NCBI GenBank assembly: GCA_037447605.1
Contig: CM074806.1
Span: 2,728,001-2,792,000, forward strand
Length of the DNA: 64,000 nucleotides
Source of the DNA: Zygnema circumcarinatum SAG 698-1b
Taxonomy: Eukaryota > Plantae > Zygnematophyceae
Direction: 5' to 3'
Position numbers and translations under genes: made by a program. Below are positions 1-21,400 of this stretch, in pieces. The notes beneath the pieces were generated by a model. It saw only the letters and a program-made list of their open reading frames with translations. It ran no database searches and was not told where the DNA came from. Within the stretch, counting starts at the first letter, position 1. Every line of letters starts with the position of its first letter.

Positions 1-3000
1 CCGATACGCTACATCTGTATCTTGCGCCGCGCTAACGGCGTCAACAAAATATCAGAAACGATGATAACGTGGGCCGCTGGCAGTGTCGGAGAGCCGTCGG
101 GCTTCGTAATGGAAATATCGGAAGAACGTATATCGGAAGCGGCCAGGCTGGCCGGAATGTAGGCGAAGGGGCAAAAAGTGGCGGAAGTCTGAAGAAATTA
201 GCGGCGGGGTAGAAATGGACCCGGTAGGGAAGTAGTCATGGCGGGGTAGATGCGGAGGAGAACTCTTGTCGATGCATGAGCGATTAAACCATCGAGGAAG
301 GAACGGCGTGGCGGCCGCGAATGCGATCCGGTGTGAGCGCCCGGTAGCAGGAGCGTTCCGCTGGGTCGGGGCCCTCGAAATGATATGGCCCAACACGGGA
401 TCTCCGACGGGGTGACGAGATGAAGAAGGGGGCCCAACCCGCGGAAAAGCGTTGAGTGGTTTGGCGAGATTCACGAGCCAAATGGTGATGTGGCGCTACG
501 ATTGGGCGAGGAGAGCGTGGCGTGAAGCCTCCCAAAGTGGGGTGAGTTATGCGTACGTGGCGGCTGGATTGAGGTGGTGGGAGGCCATGGAATCTAGGGT
601 TTGGAAGCGGAGGGCCAGGAGCTGAAGCTGGGCGACCCGATCCGGGGGAGGCGCGTCATCGTAGAAGAGGGGCTCGGCGAGAGGAGGATCAAAAGGGAAT
701 GCGGGGCTTCTGACCATAGAGGAGGCCGTGAGGGAGAGAAGCGTGGAGGTGGGCGGAGGTGTTATGCGTGAAGACGGGGAGAGGGATGACCTCGCGCCCG
801 GTCCACTGCGGCTCAGCGCAGCAGCTGGACACCGCGCATCGCTGGCGAATGCAGATAGTACGTTCTGCAAACCCCGTTACGCGAGTATAGGCTAGGAATA
901 CTTGATGAATGTCTGGAAGTCTGCATTAGCTTAGCGAGCCCACTTGTATTCAGTGCCATTGTCGAGTGGGCGAGTAGGGGAGAGTAGCGGTGAATGATGG
1001 CGTCTCGGAAGGCGGAAGTGGACGGAATGCTTAGATTACGTAGCGTGAACCTACACCCACTTGGTATATCACATCCCGCGGCTAGGAAAGACCCGAATGT
1101 AGCGAGAGGGTGTGGTAGGGGATAGAAAAAGGGGTCGATGTTCGATCTTGGCGCCCAGCGTATTGGGATCTCACCCATCTCGAGGGGTTAGCGTGCGGGG
1201 AGAAAAACTGCTTTAGCGTTGGCGGCGAGTGCGAGGTTTGATGTAGCGGCTCACTTGCGCCATGGAGGAGCCAATAGTAGCGCTCTGCCGCCGGGGCCAC
1301 CATCTTCTTACGTAGAGGGTGGAAGCTTTGCCCGGAGGTTGGGAATGGTGGGCGGCGTCGAGAATTTCCATAAGCTCGTTAGGGAATGGAGCGGGAAGGC
1401 GGAGGGAGGTAAAGAATAAATGCGTCATCATCGGCGAGAAGGGAATTTCCGGCGCGGCGGAAGCGACGAGCCCTCTCGGTGTCCCGTGACAAAATAGAGG
1501 CGGCGTCGCGAGAGTCATGGCGTAGCGAGAAGGGAGGTCGAGAATGGGCGTCATTGGCGGGAAATGGGGGAGGAAGAAGGGATTTTCACCGTAAATTAGA
1601 TCCATGAGGGAGTTCCCGCGGATCGCATGGGGGGTGGCCCGTGTAGGTGAAGTCGAGGGGGTCTTACCCGGTGATTGGAGGGTGGTGGCGCGTGGCGGAA
1701 TATCCCGATAATTCCATGCGAATATGACCTCATATGAGAGTCTTGCTCTGCGATAAAAGATCTCAATGGGAAGATGCTTCGAGGTTGGGGAGGGGTGGGT
1801 GGAGGGATGGAGTTGAGGAAACGGCGGATCGTGGCGAGAGGAGGGTAGGGGATTGCGGCTGAGGCCATTGCAGTGACTACGGCGGGGCGGTGGTGACTTT
1901 AGTACATTGTACTCCTCCAACCTATCACCCATGGAATTGCAAACTTAGGAAGTAGAGGCCAGCCATAATGTGCGGCCGGTGAGGGGCATGTGAAGTGGAT
2001 CGGAATATAGCGGGCTGGTGGTAGTGAAAGGCGAACTACTCCGAGTGCCGGAGGATAGCAGCTGACCTCTCCCTCGGTAGAGTATGCTTGGTCTCGGTTT
2101 GAGCAGAGACCACCTTGCATAGCCCGGCGGGTGTTCCCCATCACGAGAATGGCAGCCCAGCCCCTTTGCCCCAAAGCTGTCGACTCGGTCAGCCGTCAAT
2201 AATAATTAGGAAGGGTGGGGTCGAATTGAGGCAGGCAAGGAGCCTGAAGGAGGGCACTCTTGAGCGCTTGGAAGGCCAAATCCTGCGCGCGGCTCCATTC
2301 GTAGTGGACTCCGTGCTTCTCCAAGGCATGTAGGGGACGCGCAATAAGGGCATAGCCCTTGATGAACCGGCGATAGAAGGAGGTGAGTCCCAAGAAAGAC
2401 TTAAGCTGAGTGAGATTCTTTGGAATGGGCATAAGGTGATAAAGCTTCAATCTTGTCAGTGATAGTTTTTGAGCCATTGATCTTGGCGGTGCGAGGTGAG
2501 TGATCTCTGATGTCCCGTTGCACTTCTTGGGTGCAATCTTCCAAGCAGCCTTGTGATGGTTGTTGGAGGACTTGGTCAATGTGTTGCGGTGGGAGGACCC
2601 GATCCCGCTAACGTGGAGGCATCATCCCGCGTAAGGTTACGCCGAGGGGCTTATGACGAGGGGGGCGAACACGGTTGGCGGTGCTGGCGGGTGCGTCTGG
2701 TAGGTGTGAGCCCGAATGGAAGCGCATCCCTTTGCCTGGCGGCGTGGCAATGGCGAAGCCTGTCTTCTGCGTGATCGACTGCCCGCTGAGGATGCTGCCG
2801 AAGTTCTGCGTGTCAGTCACGAGAAACCACCCGGTCGCCGGGGAGGCGCCGTGGAGAATCGAGGTCCACATCCGGTAATGTGTGGGATCCCGCCGTTGTG
2901 CATTGATTTTCAGTAGTCCCCACGAAGCCCAGTGTACCATCGGCTTTGGAAGCTGAGGAAACGGCCGGGCTGGCCCGGCCCTTCTCGGGAGTTCCATCAA

Positions 3001-4650
3001 TCCGGCGATGTACGTTCTGCGTCGATCACGTAGATTCGACATCCCGACTTCTTCTTGTGGCGGTAGAAGTCGAGGGTCATCGGCGGGAAGCGCATCCCGT
3101 GTCGATATAGTGCTCAATAGTGTAGGTCTTCTTAGATGTCGAGTAGATATGCGTCTGCCGAAACTAGGTGATTCGGCCGCGACACTTGGCGTAATTGAGA
3201 ATGCTGTCCGGATGCGATTGCGAGCCCAATCGCATACTGCCTATTTCCGGCCACTCCTCATCGCGATGGTCATGGGGAAATTTGGGTGCAAATGCTTGGC
3301 TTAGCGATTCTCCGTCGATGCAATTTGAATTTCGGAGAAAGGAGAGTCGTCATCGGTATCGAAATTGGCCCGATCCATAGCAGGAAGAAGAATGGGGGTT
3401 TAGTAGGCCAGAATGGTACATATTGTGATCTCGGGTAGGAGACTGCTTGGCCAGAGTGGCGTGAAACAGGGGAAAGCGGAGGTGGTAAGGGATTTCGAGG
3501 ATGATGGGGAAGGAAGCGGTCACATCCCGCTAACCCGTGAGATAGAATGCGATTGACATGTAGCAAAGTCGATTTGTGCTCCCATCGCGATGAGCCAATC
3601 GAGCCCGGCGAGGATAGAATAGTGTTATTTGAAGTGATGACGCATTCAAGTAACCCATCTCGCCAAGACTAATGACCACTTGGGCGCTGCCCAGTCCTTC
3701 ATGTAAGCTCCCTTCAACCCCCCCATATCGGGGAATGGGCTCAAGTGTCTTGTCCAACTTAACCCGCGGCCGCCCATCCGCGGGGCTTTGGAGCCAGGCT
3801 GTGCGCATGGCTCTGTGTCGATCATGGCTTTCTTTGGGATGACCGTTAGGCAATACATTATTAATGATTCGCCGCGTTGGGTGTGGGGATCCCGGAGGAG
3901 GATCACGAATCTGGCCGAGGAGGATGGCGGGGAGGAAGCGGCCCAGGTGGGAGGGCGCCCGTCGCCGTGTGGTGGATATGGTGGCGAGGGGCGTCTGGAG
4001 GAGATGCCATAGGAACCGTGGGAGGCCGCAGGGTGGCCTCTGCACTGTCGGCCAGCCTTCGAACTACGGCGGCAGCACCTGGAACCAGTTGCATCAACTG
4101 TGACAAGGTAATGCCGATCTTAGCCTTGTCTCCCATGAGTTGATGAACCATGCGTTCAATCAGGGAGAGGCCATCTGTCGGGGGGGTTGGTCGTCGGTCG
4201 GCTGCCTGGGGGTAGAAACGGGCTGCCCGAGGGCGATGGGGAGGGTTGACGTGCATCTCTTCTGTCGCTGGTGCTCTCGGCTCTGGCTGCGCCGCTGTCG
4301 GCTCCTCCTCATTGAGATCGTCAATTTCCTCCTCAGGCGTGGATCCCAATGGATGACCCGTGGAAGGAGGGAGGACTGAAGTTCTCCGGACAGGGGTGGC
4401 GACCGGTGGAGCCGTGCCAGATGAGCTGGCGCCGTTGACATCGGCAGGGAGGAATGGCAGGGGATGTGAATGAGGATCACTTTGNNNNNNNNNNGGTCAA
4501 CGAATGATAATCGGCGGCCTTAGGCGGTGTTCCCGAGTGCGCCTTGCTGGATAGTGTGCCGTTCCGTGGACCGCCAACGCATGGCGCCGCCTTCTCTCAA
4601 TCTCCGTTGGCAGCTCCTGGATTCCGTTGATCCGTGACACGGAAGAGGCA
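1..4650 (-). mobile_element. Degenerate Ty3/Gypsy LTR retrotransposon internal region (gag-PR-RT-RNaseH-INT), frameshifted pseudo-polyprotein
   Basis: Minus-strand peptides in Gypsy order: protease-like AMIDT (~3820), RT/RNaseH linker LKSFLGLTSFYRRFIKGYALIARPLHALEKHGVHYEWSRAQDLAFQALKSALLQAPCLPQFDP (2196-2579), integrase-like HHSQPPG..SLMDLI (1213-1932), GPY/F motif VGPYHF..CYRALTPDRIRGRHAV (284-535). Many frameshifts and stops. No LTR identified. Confidence 0.85.
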
Positions 4651-4708
4651 TATGTCAAGTACAATTGAACTGACGCAAATCCGTCGAACGCAGCTCCGTT
4701 ACGCTACA

Positions 4709-4907
4709 AACGCCAACGTCAAAAAGACCTAATTTTGGTATGGTACGACCGTACGACCATATGAGTACGGTCGTACGGTCGTTAATTGTTCAAAACGAGT
4801 GGGTATAATATATGTAATAAAGTGTTTTACTTTGTACTATATTACTAGTTTTAAACCCGTTGTAAAGTATATAATGTAATCGGACTTTATAACGCGGGCC
4901 ATCCCTA
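4709..4907 (-). mobile_element. Terminal ~200 bp of a hAT-like element (TIR TAGGGATGGCCCGCG)
   Basis: Reverse complement aligns with 54345-~54530 and ends exactly at CCATCCCTA (4899-4907). The partner TIR is not seen in the window. Confidence 0.8.
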
Positions 4908-5476
4908 CGTACAGTACAGTAAATCGTTGGCCGTACGAATGTACGGCCTCGGTTCGACGCGTCTGACGTCACATGCCGCCCCTCGGAGGCTCGGCCAGTC
5001 GGCCCTCCCCCAAGAGCGCGTGCCGCCAGTTTAGCGGTTTCTAACTTCCGTGCGTAGGTGTGACGTGCGGTTTCCAATTGCTGGACTCTGGAATCTGGAA
5101 TTTTTGATAGGCCTGTACGAACATGATGATAAGGTGTACGGTATGGTACGGCTGACTGGAAGCAACTTCCAACGGCCCGCCTGAATCGCAGTTCGGTCCT
5201 CGTTGAACAAACAACGCTATTTTATCTGCATGGAACTTCTGTGCGGGCGGTGTGTTGTTTGAACGACACCAGCACGCACGGAGCGCGGGGGCGGAGGTGG
5301 CCGTTGGCAGGCCCCGGGCAGCCCGGCCGCGTTTGAACGCGCGCTCGCCCGCCTGCCCGACTGCTCGCCTGCTCGCCCTCTACCTCTCCCTCTCCCTCTT
5401 CCTCGGCCTGCGCGCCGCTGCTTCATCCCCTGCACTGACTGCTCTCTACATGTGCCTGCTACTGCTGCATAGCTAC

Positions 5477-5503
5477 GCTGCTGCTGCTGCTGCTGCTGCT
5501 GCT
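5477..5503 (+). repeat. (GCT)9 microsatellite in the putative 5' leader of TIO
   Basis: Direct sequence; follows a CT-rich tract at ~5380-5400. Confidence 0.85.
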
Positions 5504-6142
5504 CTAGAGGGCATTAATTTTCATCGAAGGCTGGAAGGGTCAGCAAGGATCACTCAAGACTTTTCTGCTGTCAGCCAAAAAAAAAATGAAAAATGTCACT
5601 GTCGACTGTTAGGGTATTTTTTAATGCAGAATTTGGTATTGGATCTTTCCATTTTGAAGGAATATGTATCTAGTGCTTCACTTGTGTTTCCAGCTAGTCC
5701 GGGGATAAAGCCATTTTTTCCACAAGCGGTTCGTTTACATTTTGTGGAGAGCTGAAGGAAAGCGCTGCTCTTTTCTTCATCCGTACCTAACCAGTATGAT
5801 GCAGAACTGCCCCTGCAACTTTCCGCTCCCTTGATTACCTCTACTCATGCTTGAGGTTACGAAACACGGTCCGATTCGTTGAATGCGATCGTATATCTTT
5901 AACTTTACGAGAAAAAACTCAATTGTGGATATCACGGTACTTGACTGCTCACATTTCCATCGGCGGAAGTTACTTGGAACAAGATAGGCGCTCTCCTCAG
6001 CTTGACTTTCCCCCTTCTGTCTTCCTATACAGTGACTTCTCTATAACTTGCAATTGGATGGGGGTGGCGGGGCCTACAATGCAGCAAAATCTTAATGATC
6101 TAGGGTGACAGACCAGTTTATTTGCCTAGTCCTTGGGGCGCT

Positions 6143-16742
<10,600 letters not shown>

Positions 16743-17500
16743 GTTCCTCAACAAGCGCTCCACTTTCGTTGTGGGTTAGGTTACTTTCATTCTCGCTCGG
16801 TTCCTTTGACAGTTCACGGTCGCCGAAAACGGCACCTGTGCGCGTAGAGCTGAGCATTAACTCGATTAACACTCTCACCCACCTTCAGCGAGGGACCTTC
16901 ACGGTTATGCTTGGTTTGACCGTTCACCCTTGTAGGGTTGTGTCATTCGAGTTGTTACCCTTTACCCGTTACCCTTTATTTATGTCTTCCCTTAGACCTT
17001 TCGAGGTTTTCATGGTTCTTTCTTTGGGCTCAATTCAATTCTCTTTGTTTTTAGGCCTTGTTTCGTCTGCCCATTTTTGGAAGGCCGTTGCTGTCTTGTA
17101 ATGTGATGGCGTTCCATCACAAGTCATCTATAATAATAGACTGCATTACTGAGACGATGATGTCCTGCATGACCATACCATATGCAGATGCAGATGCGTG
17201 ACTGTGCATATTCCAGGAGGAAGGGTCATACGCACATCGTGCACAACATCAATCTGCAGTTGCTACATTGTCGGGTTGAAATTTGTTCGATCAATGTCTT
17301 GTATTGCAAGGTGTTTCTCATCAACAAATCTTTTCCAGCTTTCCTGGCAGCGAGAGCCTTCGCAATCTTGCATTGCTGATATCTCCAGAGCCATGTGTGC
17401 TCTCGGCATTGAAGAAGTCGGCCCTATTTCGCCATCCTCAGCCCCCCCCGGCCCAGCAGCAGTGTTGGAGGCACGCCCCCACGCCCCCGACCCGTGCCCC

Positions 17501-17740
17501 GGGGCACGTGCCCCACTTCGTCACGTCACGTGACGACGAAGGCTATCAGAGCTGTGACTCGACGTGAAGTGACTTCAACCTCCAATTTTCTCCTGCGAGA
17601 ATGCAACTGCGGCCATACTCCTCGCAAACGTAAGCCGTACTGTACGGCACGCTGGCGTGGCAGGGGCACGGAGGGGCACGGTTTGTTATCGTGGCCGTTT
17701 CCCGGCCAGTCGTGCCCCGGCAAGGAGGGGCACGTGCCCC
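17501..17740. promoter_or_regulatory. Two perfect GGGGCACGTGCCCC palindromes (G-box core) plus further CACGTG-type motifs upstream of SS3
   Basis: Seen at 17501-17514 and 17727-17740; TCACGTCACGTGACG at ~17521-17535. Regulatory role is inferred. Confidence 0.4.
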
Positions 17741-17764
17741 ACACGCCGCGCCTCCAACACTCCC

Positions 17765-18085
17765 CGGCTGCCTCCCTCCCTCCTTCCCTCCCTCCCTCCC
17801 CCTCCCTCACTCTCACTCCCACCTTCCCTCCCTCCCTCTTTATCCCTCCCTCCTTCCCTCCCTCCTTCCCTCCCTCCCTTTTTATCCCTCCCTCCTTCCC
17901 TCCCTCCCTTTTTATCCCTCCCTCCTTCCCTCCCTCCCTTTTTATCCCTCCCTCCTTCTCTCCCTCCTTCCCTCCCTCCCTCTTTATCCCTCCCTCCTTC
18001 CCTCCCTTTCCCTCCCTCCCTCTCTCCCTCCCTCTCCCTCGCTCCCTCTCTCCCTCTCTCCCTCCCTCTCCCTCCCTCTCCCTCC
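17765..18085 (+). repeat. Polypyrimidine (CCCT/CCTT) low-complexity tract with a 30-bp minisatellite unit
   Basis: Unit TTTATCCCTCCCTCCTTCCCTCCCTCCCTT in register at 17881, 17911 and (partly) 17941; about 320 bp almost free of purines. Confidence 0.9.
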
Positions 18086-18437
18086 CTCGGCCTCGCTATC
18101 ATCCCAAATTTCAAAAACGCTTCGCGGGCTCCTCTCCGTACCGTACCAACGCCCCGTCAAAGAAATCAGGTGTACGGACACACCATGTCCAACAGCGCCG
18201 TACGAACCGCGTACGGTCAGAACATACGGAGCGGGGGGATCGGCGGGGCCCTCCCGTTGGTTCGGGGCGATTCTTTGCACGTGCGAGGGGAAGCCCCACG
18301 CTGCCACGCGTCAGCGCCAGGGGCGCCCTCGCGGCCGCGCCCCTCCCCGCCAGTGCCGCCATAGATAGACAGCGCCCCGCCCGCCTACCCGCCCGCCTGC
18401 GGGGTCGTGTCCTCTCTGCCGCTCTCCGCGGTAGGCC

Positions 18438-21400
18438 ATGGCGAGCAGCTCGCTGCATTTGCAGACTTCTCTCTTGCCACGGAGCGCTTTCCTCGCGCCA
18501 CTCCGAGAGGGCGTCAACGGTGCAAGACTGATTTCCGGAGGAGATGCCGTGGGAGTAAAGGTGTGCTAGTGCTTCTTTTGTTCTGATGCTCGTCGCTCTT
18601 CCTCTCCTTTCTGTACTCTCTATCTGCTCCTTCCGTTCGCTTGCTGTTGAACGGTGAATGACTTGCTCGTTTTCTGCTGGTGGGTTGTTTTCTAGGGTTC
18701 TGCTGCCCCCGCTTCTCTCAACTTTCACTCGCAGAATTGGAAAGGTTTTGTTTCCCATCTCCCCCCCCCCACCCACCCCAACCCCCCCTCGCTCTCACCA
18801 AGGTTCTGTCCCCGTGGAATATCCATTTCCTTACTGTTCTAGGGTTTTGGCATTGTGAGGAAAAATTTAGATCCATGGAGTTCCTTGCGCAGCAGCCTAA
18901 CAAGTGGCATTGCCGGGCTCACAGGACGGAGACGAGCGGAGCGTAGAGACTTGCGACCATGCGCCATCAAGAAGGGCTTCGGGTTTGGTGATATTTCCCG
19001 CTCCAAAGCGAAGGTCACTGACGTCGAGGAGCCTAAGCCAGCAGAGCCGCCGGCTCCTTCAGCCAGCAGCCCTGTCAGTGAAGTTAGCGGCAAGGAGGGT
19101 AGCAATGGAGTGTCTACTGAAGCTGCTGCTCTGGCGACGACACCAGCCGCTAACAAGAAATCACAAGTTGAAGCTCCAGCAGGGCCGACTGCAGCTAGCA
19201 AAGTTGCTGAGACTACAGTTAAAACAACGTCAGCGGTGGCGACGACTCAACAAGGCAGTGCAGCACCACCAAAAATATCTCCAGATGCACATAGGGAGTC
19301 AGAAGTTCTTGCAGCTGAGCAGCTCTTGGCGGCTGAACGAGCTGCACGCGTGGAAGCCGAGCGATTGCTCGCTGAGAAAGAGCAGCAAGCTCGCGAGCTT
19401 GAAGCTTTGAAGAAAAGGGAGGCTCAGTTGCGTGCGGAGGTGGAGAAGCGTGAACGTAAGTTGTTGGAGCTTGAGGCGGAGCGGAGGGCAGCACGCTTGG
19501 AGAAGCTGCAGACCCAGCATGAGTACAGCAATAGCAAAGCTTTTTCGTTTCCTGAGGTTCCTCAGGCTGGCAACGACATAGAAATATATTTTCGCAAGTC
19601 TCTATCGGTTCTGAAAGACAAGGCGACTGTGTCGATCATGGGAGCATTCAACAATTGGCAGTGGAAGCCATTCAAGGCAGAGTTGCAGCCAAGCAGGCTG
19701 GGAAACGACTGGTGGGCATGTACTCTGCAGATCCCTTCGGAAGCATTCCTTATCAACTTTGTGTTTCATAGCGAAGACAACGTCTTCGAGAATAACTCAC
19801 AAAATGACTTTTTCTTGCAAGTGAAAGGAGGCATGGATGCGGCCGACTTTGATGCCATGCTGGCTGAGGAGAAGAGGAAAGAAGCTCAGAGATTGGCAGA
19901 AATTGAGGCGGAGAGGGAACGTATTGCCGCAGAGGAGCGCAGGCAGGCAGAGATTAGGGCACAGCAGGAGTCTGACAGGCTGCAGGCAAAGCAGGAGGCA
20001 CAAAATCAAAGAAATGCGGCTGCAGCGACCTACAGTCGGGCTGTTTGCACTCTGGAGGGAGTGTGGTACACAGTGCCAGGAGAACTGGAGCCTGGCATGA
20101 CTGCAAAACTATACTACAACCGCTCATGGCGCCCCTTGTGGAATACTGAGCAGGTTTGGATTCACGCAGGGCACAACAATTGGCAGAGTGGCGTGGACAA
20201 TGTTGTACAGCTGAAACCCGACAATCTTGAAGGTGGCGACTGGTGGTGCGCTGAAGGTGAGCCAGCGGTTGGCAGTCTGCCTCCCACGAGGAAGTAGCAA
20301 TGGCTGCTAAAGTATCTTACCTCAGGCCATAATGTAATGTAGACCCTGTTCATTAGGCCAATGGCTTGGCGCGGTGTTTCTCTATTGACTGACCCACCGA
20401 TTTGGTGTCCCAACTTTTTCTTTTCCGGGTAACAGTGACGGTTCCCGAAGATGCATATTTGCTCAACTGGGTGTTTGCGGATGGCCAAATCGGCGAGGGA
20501 CGGCAATATGACAACAACGGCGAACAAGACTTTGCCGCGGTGGTAGGAGGACCGGAGCGGGAAGTTGCCTTCTTTGAAGCGTTGGAGGCCAAGATTCGTG
20601 CAGAGCTTGAAGAAACGAGACTGCAGAAAGAGGCGGCAGCTGCCATCCTTGTAAGTAGCATATCCTGATCATGTTTTATTGCCGTGTGTTGGTCAGTATA
20701 GATTGAAAAAAGGGTGCTGAACGGAGCCATGTACCTTGTCAGCTTCTCTTCGGCATAACATGCTGACGAGAATTGAATAGCATTCCGATGCCCTGGACTA
20801 TCCTTGAATAACTGTCCCCCACTGTTGTCTACGAAAGGAAATTGTACCTAGGTCTCTTTATGCTGAGACGACGTCTCGAAGTCTGTGAGGTGCATACTGA
20901 GCATTTTTTTGCAGTGACGCATGGGTAGGTTTTGGTAGCTATCTTCAGAAATGCTCATCTGTTCATTGTTAAGTTGACATAGCAGGTGTATAGAAGGTAA
21001 GCATTTAGTTTGATGGCATACTTTGAACTGTTGAACAGGATTTGATGCTTATTCTCTACTTTCAGCAGCTGCCACCTAACGGAAAGCCTGATTATGCATA
21101 GGATAAAGACTACTAGGTGATGCACACGGGTGGGATTGAGGCAAAGTTCGTAGTTGGTGAATATACTCCGAAATGATGACTTCTTTAATCTTCAATGTTT
21201 TTTATGCCCCACTAACTATTTTGGTGTTGTTTGTGCCATTTGGTTTTACGAGTAACAGGAAGAACGTCGTGTAAAGGCTAAAAAAGCAATGCGTGACCAG
21301 ACAATGTTGTCATTCCTGAAATCTCAGGAGCATATTTTGTACACAGAGCCTACAGAGGTCAGGGTAGGTGAGCCAGTGAAGGTGTTCTATAATCCCAGCA

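Noticed and set aside
17494-18776. Long Pro/Ser/Leu- or Gly/Arg/Glu-rich ORFs (up to 345 aa)
   Set aside because: Translation of the CCCT/GGGA low-complexity tract; no splice or homology support.
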